From contig OZ251539.1 of the NCBI GenBank assembly GCA_965243135.1, forward strand, positions 4,672,001 to 4,736,000: a stretch of 64,000 bases of DNA, given 5' to 3'. Made by a program: the position numbers and the translations under genes. The stretch comes from Alphaproteobacteria bacterium (lineage in GTDB: Bacteria > Pseudomonadota > Alphaproteobacteria > MPNO01 > UBA830). Positions 30,585 through 41,186 of the stretch are shown in pieces; the stretch's first letter is position 1, and the number at the start of each line of letters is the position of its first letter. A model generated the notes under the pieces. The model ran no database searches. It was not told where the DNA came from and saw nothing but the letters and a program-made list of their open reading frames with translations.

Positions 30585-31200
30585 TTTCCTCGTCCGTCAG
30601 AACGATGTGCAGCCGCAGCGGGCCGTGAACGCCGATGGTGACCGTCCGCTCGATGTCGGACGATCGCGAGGGCCCCGTGATCAGCGTCACCGTTCGGGGA
30701 AGGGGTCTGCCGATCCGGCGCCAGGCGTCCTCGTAGGCGCCGACGATATCGACGGTCTTCAGGACCGCGACATGGTTGTCGGGCAGGAAATTGAGCGCGT
30801 AAGGAGTCGCCGGACCGGACGCGACCATGAGCGAGCCGGTTTCGGCGACTCCGGCGACCGCGGGGCCGACCCCCGTCGGGTCGCCGTCGCGGGCGCGGTC
30901 GAAGCGAATCGCAAGGCCGGGAACGGAATCCCACGGACAGGCGTTCATGGCGGGCGCGGCCACGATCCGGCGGGGCAGCTGGTTGCGTTCGAGCCAGGCG
31001 TCGACCGCGGCGGGCACGTCGGCGGAACCGTCGACCGTCTCCAGCGTGGCGCCGGCCTCGGCGGCCATCGCCGAGAACCTCTTCAGGAGTTCGGGCCGGT
31101 CGCCGCGTCCGCGAGCCGGAACGATCGCGGCCCCCGGCGGGGGAACGGCCGATCCGCCCGCTTTTCGCACTCTTTCCAGAATAGCCGCGCGCGCGTTCAT
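30568..31200 (-). CDS. lutC: Lactate utilization protein C (LUD domain)
   Basis: AGVAETGS, LITGPSRSSDIE..GVHGP. Confidence 0.88.
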   Translation of the reverse strand: MNARAAILERVRKAGGSAVPPPGAAIVPARGRGDRPELLKRFSAMAAEAGATLETVDGSADVPAAVDAWLERNQLPRRIVAAPAMNACPWDSVPGLAIRFDRARDGDPTGVGPAVAGVAETGSLMVASGPATPYALNFLPDNHVAVLKTVDIVGAYEDAWRRIGRPLPRTVTLITGPSRSSDIERTVTIGVHGPLRLHIVLTDEENDALS

Positions 31201-32594
31201 GCGCCCCTCTCCTCGCGCCAGCGGTCGATGAAGGAGCGGCCTTCGGGCGCCGGCAGATCGCGCGTCGCCGTCCATCCCCTCGCGAGCGGCAGGCGGCCGA
31301 TTCGCCGGCCGCCGATCGCTTTCAACGCGCGCGCGGCGAGGCGGGCGCCGACCCTGTAGAGGCGCGGCCGCCGCGCCGTCCATGCCCATGCGGCGAGCGC
31401 GGCGCGGCCCTTGCCGAGCCGGCGTTCGCGGGCGACGTTGCGCCACCGGCGCATCAGCGCGGGAAGCGGAATCCGGACGGGGCACACCGCCTCGCAACTG
31501 CCGCAGAAGGAGGACGCTTCCGGCAGGGGCCACGCGCTTTCGATCCCGTTCAGCGCCGGCGTCAGGACGGCGCCGATCGGCCCCGCGTAAACGCCTTCGT
31601 AGGCGTGTCCGCCCACCGCCCCGTAGACCGGGCAGGCCGACTGGCAGGCTCCGCATCGGATGCAGCGCAGGACGTCGCGGAATTCGCTTCCGAGCAATCG
31701 CGAACGGCCGTTGTCCAGCAGGACGAGATGAAACTCCTCCGGCCCGTCGAGATCGCCGGGTCGCCGGGGCCCGGTCGCGAAGGTGGTGTAGCAGGTGATT
31801 TCCTGTCCCGTGGCCGACCGGGCGAGGAGACGGACGATCGTCAACGCGTCTTCGATGGTGGGCACGACCTTTTCTATGGTCGCGACGACGACGTGCACCC
31901 GCGGCAGGGTCTGGACCAAGTCGCCGTTGCCCTCGTTGGTGACGATGACGACCGATCCCGTTTCCGCGACCAGCATGTTGGCGCCGGTGATCCCGACGTC
32001 GGCCGCCAGGAATTTCCCGCGCAGCGTCCGTCGCGCTTCCGCGGTCATCGCGGCGGGCTCGTCGAGGTTTCGATCGGGATCCAGTTCCGCGTGACGCTCG
32101 CGAAAGGTTTCCGCGACCTGTTCCTTCCTCAGGTGAATGGCCGGCATGACGAGGTGGCTGGGCGTTTCTTCGCGGAGCTGCAGGATGTATTCGCCGAGAT
32201 CGGTTTCGATCACGTCGAGGCCGGCCGCGGCGAGATGGGCGTTGAGTTCGATTTCTTCCGACACCATCGACTTGCCCTTCGCGACCGTCGCGGCGTTCGC
32301 CGAACGGCAGATGTCGAGGATCGCTTCGCATGCCGCGTCCGCGTCCTCGCACCAGTGCACGACGCCGCCGGCGGCGCGAAGGTTCGTCTCGAACCGTTCG
32401 AGGTAACTATCGAGACGAGCGAGCGCGTGATTTCTTACGTCGACCGCCCGGTCGCGCAGCCTGTCGAATTCCGGCAGCCGTTCCACGACCGAGGCGCGCC
32501 CGGCGCGGGCGTCCCGCTGCAGCTTGGCGAGGGCGGCCTGGAGATTCGCGTCGGCCTGCGCGCGGGCGGCGTTGTCGGAGAACCGCAGACTCAT
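31197..32594 (-). CDS. lutB: Lactate utilization Fe-S protein B
   Basis: KGKSMVSEE, ETDLGEYI, NEGNG, CIRCGACQSACP, CGSCEAVCP. Confidence 0.93.
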   Translation of the reverse strand: MSLRFSDNAARAQADANLQAALAKLQRDARAGRASVVERLPEFDRLRDRAVDVRNHALARLDSYLERFETNLRAAGGVVHWCEDADAACEAILDICRSANAATVAKGKSMVSEEIELNAHLAAAGLDVIETDLGEYILQLREETPSHLVMPAIHLRKEQVAETFRERHAELDPDRNLDEPAAMTAEARRTLRGKFLAADVGITGANMLVAETGSVVIVTNEGNGDLVQTLPRVHVVVATIEKVVPTIEDALTIVRLLARSATGQEITCYTTFATGPRRPGDLDGPEEFHLVLLDNGRSRLLGSEFRDVLRCIRCGACQSACPVYGAVGGHAYEGVYAGPIGAVLTPALNGIESAWPLPEASSFCGSCEAVCPVRIPLPALMRRWRNVARERRLGKGRAALAAWAWTARRPRLYRVGARLAARALKAIGGRRIGRLPLARGWTATRDLPAPEGRSFIDRWREERGA

Positions 32595-33346
32595 TTCCCG
32601 CTCCCGATCGCGGGAACGTCGGCCATTCCGGCCAGCACTTCGGCGACGTGGCGGGCCTCGACGGCGACGTTCCGCCGGGACATTCGCCCGGCGACGTTCA
32701 ACAGGCAGCCGAGGTCGCCCGAGAGCACGGTCGTCGCGCCCGCGGCGGCGATGGAGTCCACCTTGCGGTCGACCATGGCGGTGGATATCTCCGGATGCTT
32801 GACGCAGAACGTGCCTCCGAAACCGCAGCAGGCGTCGGAAGCGTCGTGCTCCACGAGCTCGAGTCCGCCGACTTGCGCCAGCAGGCGGCGGGGCTGCTCG
32901 GAAATCCCGAGCTCCCGCAAGCCGGAGCACGCGTCGTGGTAGGTGGCCGCGCCGCGCCATTCGGCAGCCGTCGGGCGGAATCCGACCTCGTCGGCGAGAA
33001 AGGAGGTCAGTTCGCTGGTCTTTTCCGCGAGCTTTCGGGCGCGCTTCGCGTAGCCCGGATCTTCGGCCAGCAGTTCCGGGTAATGGCATCGCAGCATGGC
33101 CGCGCACGAACCGGACGGCGCGACAACGCGGTCATGGCGCTCGAACAGATCGATCGTCTGCCGCGCGACCCTTCGCGCGTTCAATGCGTCGCCGGAATTG
33201 TAGGCCGGTTGTCCGCAGCACACCTGGCGCAGCGGCACGTCGACGCGGCAGCCGGCGCGCTCAAGAAGCGCGACGGCCGCGAATCCCGTCGTCGGGCGGA
33301 AGAAATCCACCAGACAGGTTACGAACAGGCCGACGTGGCGCGTCAT
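32591..33346 (-). CDS. lutA: Lactate utilization protein A (CCG domains)
   Basis: LFVTCLVD, CCGQPAYNSG, YHDAC, CCGFGGTF. Confidence 0.92.
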   Translation of the reverse strand: MTRHVGLFVTCLVDFFRPTTGFAAVALLERAGCRVDVPLRQVCCGQPAYNSGDALNARRVARQTIDLFERHDRVVAPSGSCAAMLRCHYPELLAEDPGYAKRARKLAEKTSELTSFLADEVGFRPTAAEWRGAATYHDACSGLRELGISEQPRRLLAQVGGLELVEHDASDACCGFGGTFCVKHPEISTAMVDRKVDSIAAAGATTVLSGDLGCLLNVAGRMSRRNVAVEARHVAEVLAGMADVPAIGSGK

Positions 33347-33494
33347 CGCCGCAGACCTCCCGCGGCCGAGAATGGCGGGCGCGCCGGGGATCCGCAAGGC
33401 TCGAGGCGGACGGGCCGCGCGGGGTCCGGAAACGGACGGAAGGCCGCCGCGAGCCTTGCGCTCGCCCTCTCGTCCTCGCGCGGGCCGGCGCGGG

Positions 33495-34277
33495 TCAATG
33501 CTCGAGAATCTCCGCGACGCGGCCGGCCGCGTCCACCGGCCGCATGCGGTCGGCGTCGTCCTCCGTAAAGTGGCGCGCGACGCCAGCCTCGAAACTGGGA
33601 CGCGCTCGAACGCGGTCGTACCAGTCCATGACGCGCGGACACGAGGCCGACCAGACGCCGCGAATGCCGAGCATCTCGAGACGATTGACATAGGGGGTCG
33701 CGGCGGCGTCGGCGAGCGAGTACGCGCTTCCGCCAAGAAAAGGTCCGTCGGCGAGCGCTTCCTCCATTTCGCGCAGGAAAGAATCGAAATCGCGCGCGGC
33801 GTCCGCGACGAAGGGCGAAGAGAGGCCCATGGCCAACACGGAACGTTGGCGCTCGCGCCGCCGGGGATCCGGTATGCGGGCCATGCGCGCTTCTATTTTT
33901 TCCGGATCCGGAAAATCCTTGCGGAAGGAAATGCCTTGGGTGAGCACGCCGCAGGCCGGGTGAATCGGATCGTCGACGGTCTTCATAAAACGTCGCACGC
34001 GGTAACGCGCCAAAGGTTCGTCCGGCATCAACGGCGGCGAGGGGCAGACGTCGTCGAGATAATGCTGAATGACGGAGCTTTCGGTGAGCACGTTGCCGTC
34101 GTGCACGAGCGTCGGCACCACCGCTCCCGGATTGAGGCGGAGATAGGCCGGGTCGAATTGCCCGCCGCGCCGTAGGTCGACGAAGCGTCCCTCGTAGTCG
34201 AGTCCCTTCTCCAGCATCGTCAGCCGAACCTTGATTACGCATACGGAAGTCGAATGTTCGTAGAGAATGAATGGCAT
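33495..34277 (-). CDS. Glutathione S-transferase family protein
   Basis: KVRLTMLEKGL, LNPGAVVPTL, ESSVI..YLD, YSLAD. Confidence 0.92.
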   Translation of the reverse strand: MPFILYEHSTSVCVIKVRLTMLEKGLDYEGRFVDLRRGGQFDPAYLRLNPGAVVPTLVHDGNVLTESSVIQHYLDDVCPSPPLMPDEPLARYRVRRFMKTVDDPIHPACGVLTQGISFRKDFPDPEKIEARMARIPDPRRRERQRSVLAMGLSSPFVADAARDFDSFLREMEEALADGPFLGGSAYSLADAAATPYVNRLEMLGIRGVWSASCPRVMDWYDRVRARPSFEAGVARHFTEDDADRMRPVDAAGRVAEILEH

Positions 34278-34319
34278 CGTCCTTTTTCCGGCCCGGCCTC
34301 TGGAGGACGCGAGGCCCTT

Positions 34320-35285
34320 CTATCCGGGGAGCGTCTCGCCGCGGGCTTCGAACCGTCTCTCGATCGCGTCCCAGATCCGCTTCTCTATCTCGACGCCGTC
34401 GAGACGGTTGATCTCCTGAATTCCCGTGGGCGAGGTCACGTTGATCTCGGTCAGGTGGTTTCCGATCACGTCGATGCCGGCGAACACCAGTCCGCGTTCC
34501 CGGAGCGCCGGACCGATCTGCGCGCATATTTCGCGCTCGCGCGCGGTCAGGCCGGTCTTGCGCGCCCGGCCTCCGGCATGGAAATTGGCCCGCGCGTCCC
34601 CCTCGGCCGGCATGCGCGCGACCGCGCCGGCGGGTTCGCCGTCGACGAGGATGATGCGCTTGTCGCCGCGGCGTATTTCGGGAAGGTAGCGCTGGACAAT
34701 GATGGGTTCCCGGTATTTCGCGGCGAACATTTCGAGGAGCGCGTTGAGGTTCTCGTCGCCGGGCGCGACATGGAACACGTCGGCGCCCCCGTTGCCGAAC
34801 AGGGGCTTGACGATGATGTCTTCGTGGCGTTTCCGGAAGGCCTCGATCTCGGCGCGGTCCGACGTGATCAAGGTTTCCGGCAACACGCCCTCGAAACGGG
34901 TGACGAACAGCTTTTCCGGCGCGTTGCGCACTTCGCGCGGGTCGTTGACGACCAGCGTGCCGGGATGGATGCGCTCGAGCAGGTGGGTCGCGGTGACGTA
35001 GGCCATGTCGAACGGGGGATCCTGGCGCATCAACACGATGTCGACGGTCGACAGATCCAGCTTTTGGGCCTCGCCCAGCGCGAAATGGTTTTTCTTTTCG
35101 CGCCGCACCTGCAGAGGTTGGACCCGCGCGTAGAGGCGCCCGTCGCGGAAGGCGAGGTCTCGCGGCTCGTAGTGAAACAGCGCATGGCCGCGAGCCTGCG
35201 CTTCAAGCGCCAGCGCGAAAGTCGAGTCGGCATCGATGTCGATGCCGGAGACATGATCCATCTGGATGGCGACGGCGAGGCTCAT
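34320..35285 (-). CDS. gshB: Glutathione synthetase
   Basis: [38 protein letters not shown]. Confidence 0.97.
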   Translation of the reverse strand: MSLAVAIQMDHVSGIDIDADSTFALALEAQARGHALFHYEPRDLAFRDGRLYARVQPLQVRREKKNHFALGEAQKLDLSTVDIVLMRQDPPFDMAYVTATHLLERIHPGTLVVNDPREVRNAPEKLFVTRFEGVLPETLITSDRAEIEAFRKRHEDIIVKPLFGNGGADVFHVAPGDENLNALLEMFAAKYREPIIVQRYLPEIRRGDKRIILVDGEPAGAVARMPAEGDARANFHAGGRARKTGLTAREREICAQIGPALRERGLVFAGIDVIGNHLTEINVTSPTGIQEINRLDGVEIEKRIWDAIERRFEARGETLPG

Positions 35286-35365
35286 GGGCGCTTCCCGAGA
35301 AAGAAGGTGCGTCCTGTTTAATTCCGTCTCCGGCCTGCGTCCAGTTCCGGGGCCCGAGGGACGGT

Positions 35366-36181
35366 TCAGTTGAGGCGGGCCTTCAGTTTCTGGATCGCGG
35401 CCGCCGCCTCGTAACGCGCCTCGTCGCTCCGGGAGCGGACGGCGACGGTCTCGAACGCCTTGACCGCGGCGCTCAGGTTGCCGAGCTGCACGTGGCGGAG
35501 ACCCGCCTCGCGCCAGAGAGGCATCGAGTCGGGAGCGAACAGCAGCATGCGGGAAAGCGTATCGAGCGCCTGTTGCCACCGGCCCGCCAAGTGGTGGCGA
35601 ACCTTGATGTTGTTCTGAAGGCGGATCAGGATATCGCGGTTGCCCACGGGCGTGCAGTGGTCGGGTTCGAGTTCGGCGTCGGGGCCCGTCAAGGCTTTCA
35701 GCAATTCGCGCAGATCCGGCGGCTTGCGCTCGTTTCCGCTGTCGAACGGGTCGATGATCGCGCGACGGCCGGCGGCTTCGACGCGAATGAGGAAATGGCC
35801 GGGGAAATTCAGTCCCTGCGCCTCTTCGCCGCAGGCGCGGAGCGCGTGCAGATGAAGAATTCCCAACGCGACCGGCAGCCCTTTCTTGCGGTCGATCACC
35901 CGCATCAGATTCGCGTTCTGGAGGTCGTCGTAGGTCAGTTCGTCGCCCCGGTAGCCGTTGCGTTCGTGAATGATCTCCGCCGCGGCCGCCGCCGGGCCGC
36001 AACCGCTCGCGAGCAGATCCCGCAGATCTCGCGTCAGTTCCGCGATGTGGTCGCGATAGCGCTGAAGACCGACCCGCGGACGGTCGAGCGCCGCCAGGGA
36101 CAACGCCGCTTCCGCCAGATCGATCCGTTCGTCCGGCAGAGTCCCGGCTTCTCTCAGCAGGTCTTCGGGACTCTCGGTCAC
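35366..36181 (-). CDS. SirB1-family transglutaminase-like/TPR protein
   Basis: [45 protein letters not shown]. Confidence 0.88.
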   Translation of the reverse strand: MTESPEDLLREAGTLPDERIDLAEAALSLAALDRPRVGLQRYRDHIAELTRDLRDLLASGCGPAAAAAEIIHERNGYRGDELTYDDLQNANLMRVIDRKKGLPVALGILHLHALRACGEEAQGLNFPGHFLIRVEAAGRRAIIDPFDSGNERKPPDLRELLKALTGPDAELEPDHCTPVGNRDILIRLQNNIKVRHHLAGRWQQALDTLSRMLLFAPDSMPLWREAGLRHVQLGNLSAAVKAFETVAVRSRSDEARYEAAAAIQKLKARLN

Positions 36182-36768
36182 GACGACCCGGCAATCCTGA
36201 CGTGGCTGACGACGTTCCTCACGTAATCGAGATTTCGGGCGTGATTGGCCACGCGGTCCAGTTCTTCCTGGCTTCGCGAGACCCCGAGCAGATAAACGGT
36301 GCCGCCGACGGTTTCGATGGAGTAGTTGACGGACGCCACCTCGCGATCCAGCAGCAGCTTCGCCTTCAACTGCCCGGAAATCCAGGTGTCGTGCGCGAAG
36401 CCGGCGATGCCGCCGCTCCTGTCGATCCGTATTTCGTTGATGACTTCCTTGACGCCTTTCGCCTCCCAGGCGAGCCTGACCGCTTCGTCGCGCATTTCGG
36501 GGGCGTCGACGACGCCGGTGAGCAGGACGCGGGCTTCGTGTATCTGAAGGCCGATCTTGTGCCACAGCCGTTCGCTCTTCGACAACAAGAGCGCATTGAT
36601 GCGCACCCTGATTTCCGTGTCGCTGATCGCGCCGCCGAGGCCTCGTTCCTCCATCGCGGCGCTTCCGGCCATGGCGCCCGCTCCGACGAAGGCCTGGTCG
36701 CAGCCTTGCAGCGACAGGCAAAGGGAAACGGCCGGAATGGCGAGGAGGGCGGGATATGTCCTTTTCAT
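36178..36768 (-). CDS. BON-domain lipoprotein (DolP/YraP-like)
   Basis: LQGC lipobox; two BON repeats ([16 protein letters not shown]; [13 protein letters not shown]). Confidence 0.9.
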   Translation of the reverse strand: MKRTYPALLAIPAVSLCLSLQGCDQAFVGAGAMAGSAAMEERGLGGAISDTEIRVRINALLLSKSERLWHKIGLQIHEARVLLTGVVDAPEMRDEAVRLAWEAKGVKEVINEIRIDRSGGIAGFAHDTWISGQLKAKLLLDREVASVNYSIETVGGTVYLLGVSRSQEELDRVANHARNLDYVRNVVSHVRIAGSS

Positions 36769-36912
36769 GGGAGGCGGCGTTCTGGCGAGGCGAAAAGCGG
36801 ATTCGTTGCGGCGGGTTGTCGGCAGGGGGGATTATGCTTGACGGTTCGGGCGGGCGCAAGAAGATGCCGCGCGCGTCGCGACCAGTCGAGAACACGCTGC
36901 GCGCCCGGCGGT

Positions 36913-37534
36913 TCAGGCAGCCCGGGCCAACCCCTCGAGGCGCGCCAGCCAAGCGCGAAATCGCGGGCATTCCGTCGTCTCCAGACCCGCTTCCCGTGCG
37001 ACCTGCGGGCCGTGCAGGCGTTTTTGGTATCCCGATACTGCTTGTTTGATTCGCTTGCTCGGCGCACCGTTCGGATCGTCGTTGATGTCTTCGGGAGTCG
37101 CGAACTGCCGACGGACTGCCGCAAGAATCTCGACGCTGCGGTCCGCGATGTCCAAGATCGTCCCGAACGCCGCCGTATCGGAAAACAGCAAGCCTTCGAA
37201 CTCGTGTTTCTGAACATAGGGAAACACCCGTCTTCCGTCTGGATTATGCGCGTAGATCTTTTGCTTCAGGCATTCTTCCAGCGTCTCGACCGTCCGATCT
37301 CCCTTGTCGCTAAAGCCGTAGAAGCGGACCAGCGACGTCACGGCGTCGAAAGACCGTTGGAGACGGCGCATCACGAGTCGTTCGATGCTGACATTTCCGC
37401 CGCCGGCCCCGCCGCTCCGGGCGCGGCCGAGCAGGAGTTGGCTCGACCTCGAACGGCCGCGGACGGTCGGCGAGAACGCGCTTGACGAACTCCCCTTCGG
37501 TCTGGCCCTCCACGGATATTGCGAGGCGGATCAC
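36913..37534 (-). pseudogene. DUF4276-family (TOPRIM-like) protein, frameshifted
   Basis: VIRLAISVEGQTEGEFV in one frame; GGNVSIERL, FYGF, PYVQKHEFEGLLFSD, PEDIND..APSKRI and CPRFRAWL in another. Confidence 0.75.
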
Positions 37535-38682
37535 GGACGGCCTCCCAGCAGGTTCTTCTGCCAAAGCTCGCCTGTCGTATACTCCTTCAGCCAATCCCGA
37601 TAATCTTTCTCATCGCATCGGCGAATGGTCGTCCGCCCATCGTCCCGTGGTTCCAGAACGAGGATCTCGTCGAGACCGAACGCATCGACGAGCAGCGGGG
37701 ACTGCGTCGCCACGATGACCTGCCGCCGGTCAGCCAGCGCTTTGATCATGTCGCCGATCAGACTGGCAGCGGCCGGATGCAACCCGAGTTCCGGCTCGTC
37801 CAGCAGCAGCACGTCGGGAAGCATCTCGGACGGGAGGTTCAATAGCGTCACAAGGGCGAAGAAGCGAAGCGAGCCGTCGGACGTCAGATGGGCGCCGATG
37901 GTCTTGTCCATCCCCCGGATCTTCCACCGCAGCATGGCCTTTCCGCTGCTCTTCTCGATCTCGAACCGGTCGAAAACCGGCAGCGCGCGCTGGATATGGC
38001 TGCAAATCGACTTGAACCGCCGCCCGTCCTCGCGCTCCAAGCGGTATAGAATTGCCGCCAAATTTCCACCGTGCGCACGAAGATAGGCATTGTCTTCCGC
38101 GTCGCAATTCTTCTTGAGATTCGAGTCGCGGGAAGTGTCGTGAAACTGGTAAACGGCGCAGCGCCTCAACAAACCAGTGAGCGCATTGGCGACTTTAGCG
38201 CTGCCTCCTGACGGCTCGGCCGATTGCGCGGCTTCGACGATCTTCGCCTCGGAGTGGCCGCTTCCCAGATACTGCCACGATGCCTTCGTTTCCCGCCTGT
38301 CCGAGCAGAATCGAAACGCTTCGTCCGTGAAGATGAACCGATCCGGATGGGCGAAAGAAAGCATGAACATATAATCGTTTCGTCCGCTTTCCGCTCTCAT
38401 GGACAATTCGGCTTCCATCCGCGAGCTGACCTTGCTTCCGCCGAAAAGCTGGTCGTCGGCGCCGCCTTGAAGCTGAACGAACTCGGCCAGCCGGTGGAAG
38501 CCGATCATCCAATTCATCAATTCGAAAAACCGGACGAAGCTGGATTTTCCCGATCCGTTGGCGCCGACCAGAACGGTTGCCATCTGCAGGTTTTTGATTT
38601 CGACATCCGCAAGGGATCGAAAGCCTTTGATGCGGACGGATTCAATTTGATTTGGCACAGGGTTCTCTCGCGCGCCGATCAC
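37531..38682 (-). CDS. ABC-type AAA ATPase (AAA_21 family)
   Basis: GANGSGKS Walker A, SDGSLRF signature, LLLDEPELGLHP, VATQSP, GELWQKNLLGGRP; start may be GTG 38658. Confidence 0.9.
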   Translation of the reverse strand: MIGARENPVPNQIESVRIKGFRSLADVEIKNLQMATVLVGANGSGKSSFVRFFELMNWMIGFHRLAEFVQLQGGADDQLFGGSKVSSRMEAELSMRAESGRNDYMFMLSFAHPDRFIFTDEAFRFCSDRRETKASWQYLGSGHSEAKIVEAAQSAEPSGGSAKVANALTGLLRRCAVYQFHDTSRDSNLKKNCDAEDNAYLRAHGGNLAAILYRLEREDGRRFKSICSHIQRALPVFDRFEIEKSSGKAMLRWKIRGMDKTIGAHLTSDGSLRFFALVTLLNLPSEMLPDVLLLDEPELGLHPAAASLIGDMIKALADRRQVIVATQSPLLVDAFGLDEILVLEPRDDGRTTIRRCDEKDYRDWLKEYTTGELWQKNLLGGRP

Positions 38683-38784
38683 GGACTCGCCGTTTCGCCG
38701 CAGTTTCCTAACTCACGCGCCAAACGTTCTCGACGATTACATGCGAAAGCGGAAGCCGATACGATGTCCAAGCCCGCCTGAGAC

Positions 38785-39180
38785 CGCAAGTCATGCCGAG
38801 CCGCACCGAAGCGTCCAAGACCAAAGCGGCAGGCCAAGTGTAGCCGGTCCCGCCCTTCGGGTCACGGTTTTTCGACCCCGAGCGGGGGGCGACCGGCGCC
38901 TTTCCGAGGTTTTCGGGCGGACGGCATGGGTGTCATCGCCAACAGCCGAAAGTTCGACCATTGCCGGGGCGGGTGCCCGACCAAGCGGCGCAACGGTAGG
39001 CGGAACCGACGATGTCGGGTCCGAGACAGGATGGCGCGTGACCGTTGACGGTCAGGCCCGGACGTCTCCAGGCAGGCGGCGACATCACCGACTGCGCGAA
39101 TGTCCCTGTCGCCAACGCCAGCCGTCGTTTCCGCCAGCGTGACTACAAGCCACAGTCGGTAAAACGCCTGACCTCGTGGT
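38785..39180 (-). mobile_element. Possible heavily degraded IS5-family transposase remnant
   Basis: Scattered minus-strand peptides (LTVNGHA, SAYRCAA, GDDTHAVR, ASVRL) loosely resemble IS5/IS427-group motifs in the right order; no ends identified. Confidence 0.3.
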
Positions 39181-39355
39181 TCCGCCGAACCGGCTCGTCC
39201 CGTGCGCTTGTTCGGCTGCGCAAGGAGCGCACTCGTCGCGAAAGCCCCTTCGGAACGACGGTCCAAGGCAAGCGGAAAAGACGGTTCTCCGAGAAAATTA
39301 CGAAATCGCCCTGTACTGGAGCGGCGGACGAACGCGCCTGGGCGGACATGCGGGA

Positions 39356-39761
39356 CCTCGCTTTCGGGAACGCCGGCAAATCAGGGCTTCTGTCTGCGAA
39401 GCGCGCACGCATAGATTTCCTTGCGCCGCTGTCCGGTCTCCGCAGCCACCGTTGCCACCGCGTCGCGCACGCTCATCGACTGCAGCGCGTTGTCGAGCAG
39501 CGTCTACGTATCGGCGGGGGGAGTCTCGGGAGGCGGCCCGGTCAGGATTACGACTTCGCCCTTCGGCGCCGGGCTGCCGCCAGCTCCGCCAGGCCGCCCC
39601 GAAGAACGTCTTCATGCAGTTTCGTGAGCTCCCGCGCCACGGCGGCCGGGCGGTCTCCCAGAATTTCTTCCATGACTTCAAGCGATGCGGCCAGCCGGCG
39701 CGGGGATTCGAGAAAGATCAGGCTGGCGCGGACGCTCGCCAATTCCTCGATCGCCTTGCGG
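39356..39761 (-). repeat. Direct-repeat copy of the rsmI 3' end (copy of about 41160-41580), pseudogene fragment
   Basis: Near-identical DNA over about 375 bp with scattered substitutions and a 13-nt deletion (CCGCCGCCGAAAG) near 39574; weaker similarity continues about 30 bp past the stop. Confidence 0.95.
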
Positions 39762-40019
39762 GGGGCGCGCCGCGGAGCGGAAATTCCCCTCGTTGTCCAG
39801 GCGGATAGTGAAAGGCGGCCATGCGAGAGTTCCGGGAAGCCGCTTCCTCCTCGTGGTCCAATGCCGGTTGGATCGGGTCCGTTGCCGACGGATCGGCGAA
39901 CGGCAGAGATGGGATCCGATGGAGAGACCAGCCCCTTGCTTTCCTGTAACCGAACCGGCACGAACGGACCGACGACAAGCGCCTATCCGCAACGAACGTA
40001 GCCGAACGGAACAACCGAA

Positions 40020-40277
40020 CTACGCCATCTGCCATCGTTCCAGTTCTGCGAAAAACTCCTTTCTCAGATCGGCTCTTTCCTCTTCCGGGAGCCATTTCGT
40101 CATATTGGGGAAGACAATCCGCCAACTGCGCAGCTCGGCTTCGCTCCATGGAAAGGTGTCGGCGCCGCGCAACACCTTCAGGATATTGTGCAAGCGGACA
40201 CGGATTTGATCCGGATCCGGCTCTTGAGGCAAGGAGTTTTCCGCTTGGTAATTCTCGAACAGATCGCCTTGATTCAT
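40020..40277 (-). CDS. Hypothetical 85-aa protein
   Basis: AAGGA RBS; PDPDQIRVRL..L.GADTFPW...VFPNMTKWLPEEE; directly follows the type ISP fragment. Confidence 0.65.
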   Translation of the reverse strand: MNQGDLFENYQAENSLPQEPDPDQIRVRLHNILKVLRGADTFPWSEAELRSWRIVFPNMTKWLPEEERADLRKEFFAELERWQMA

Positions 40278-40279
40278 AT

Positions 40280-40830
40280 CCTTTCTCCTCAGCTACTGCG
40301 TGGGTGCTGGTCAGCGCGGCTCCGGCGGCCGCATCGAGCAGTCTGTCCGCCGCGTCGAACAAATGCATGAGCTCTTCGATTCGCGCAATTATGTCGAGAA
40401 GCTCGCGCTGGAGGTGCCGATCCAGCGTTTCTCCTTTCCGTGCGTCGAGCCAGCGGCGGAGGACGGGGTATCCGCTGACAGCACCCCCCCCCATGTGCGA
40501 TTTGACACTCCAGTGATGCGGAGCGATCGGTCGCCGAGAAGGAAGACTGCACCTTCCTCGAATGCGCGCCGCGGCGGCGGAACGTCAAGTAGCGGACTAG
40601 ATGCACGTCCTTCCAGTCGCGCTTGCCGGAAGCGCTCGTCGGGTTCTGCGTCGAATGCCTGAAGTTTTCGGATGCGGGTGCCTAACGCCGCCGCGTCTTG
40701 GAATGCGTCGGGGTTTGCGGGAAAGGGAACATGCGGAAAGGCATCCTCAAGATCGTGTGCGAAGCGAATTGTGTAGGTTGCCGCAGAAAGCAAGGCGAGA
40801 ATCGCGCCGAATATCTCCTGTGACGCAATT
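40280..40830 (-). pseudogene. Fragment of a type ISP restriction-modification enzyme C-terminal domain
   Basis: QEIFGAILALLSAATYTIRFAHDLEDAFPHVPFP...LGTRIRKL, then ITGVSNRTW / VSGYPVLRRWLDARKG after a frameshift in a G-run near 40490. Confidence 0.65.
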
Positions 40831-40869
40831 TGCGCACCATGACCGAGAACATGTTTGGAACCAACCCAG

Positions 40870-41050
40870 GATGGAGTAAAGACCCTGTGCCCTCGCCGGT
40901 ATGGTTATCGTAGACGGTGTTCACGTCCACGACAGGGGAGTCGTCCTCAAGGTCAAACCCTGGGTGCGCATCGATTCTAAAGCTCTCGACATCGCTGAAC
41001 TGGCGCTTGAAGGCGGACTCGGCAATCTCGCGCCTCTGCCGCTCGTTCAT
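40870..41050 (-). pseudogene. Truncated hypothetical gene
   Basis: AGGA RBS, then MNERQRREIAESAFKRQFSDVESFRIDAHPGFDLEDDSPVVDV; protein-like character is lost where it meets the ISP fragment. Confidence 0.35.
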
Positions 41051-41186
41051 CTCGAACTTCCTACGGTTGGCGACGCTCCAACAACGCGCGAACGGCGAAG
41101 CCGCGCTAATGCTAAGCGTCGGCGCGCTCGAACCGGTCGATTGCGCCTCCAGGTTCGCGGTCTCTTTTTCGGGTGCGTCGGCAAAA

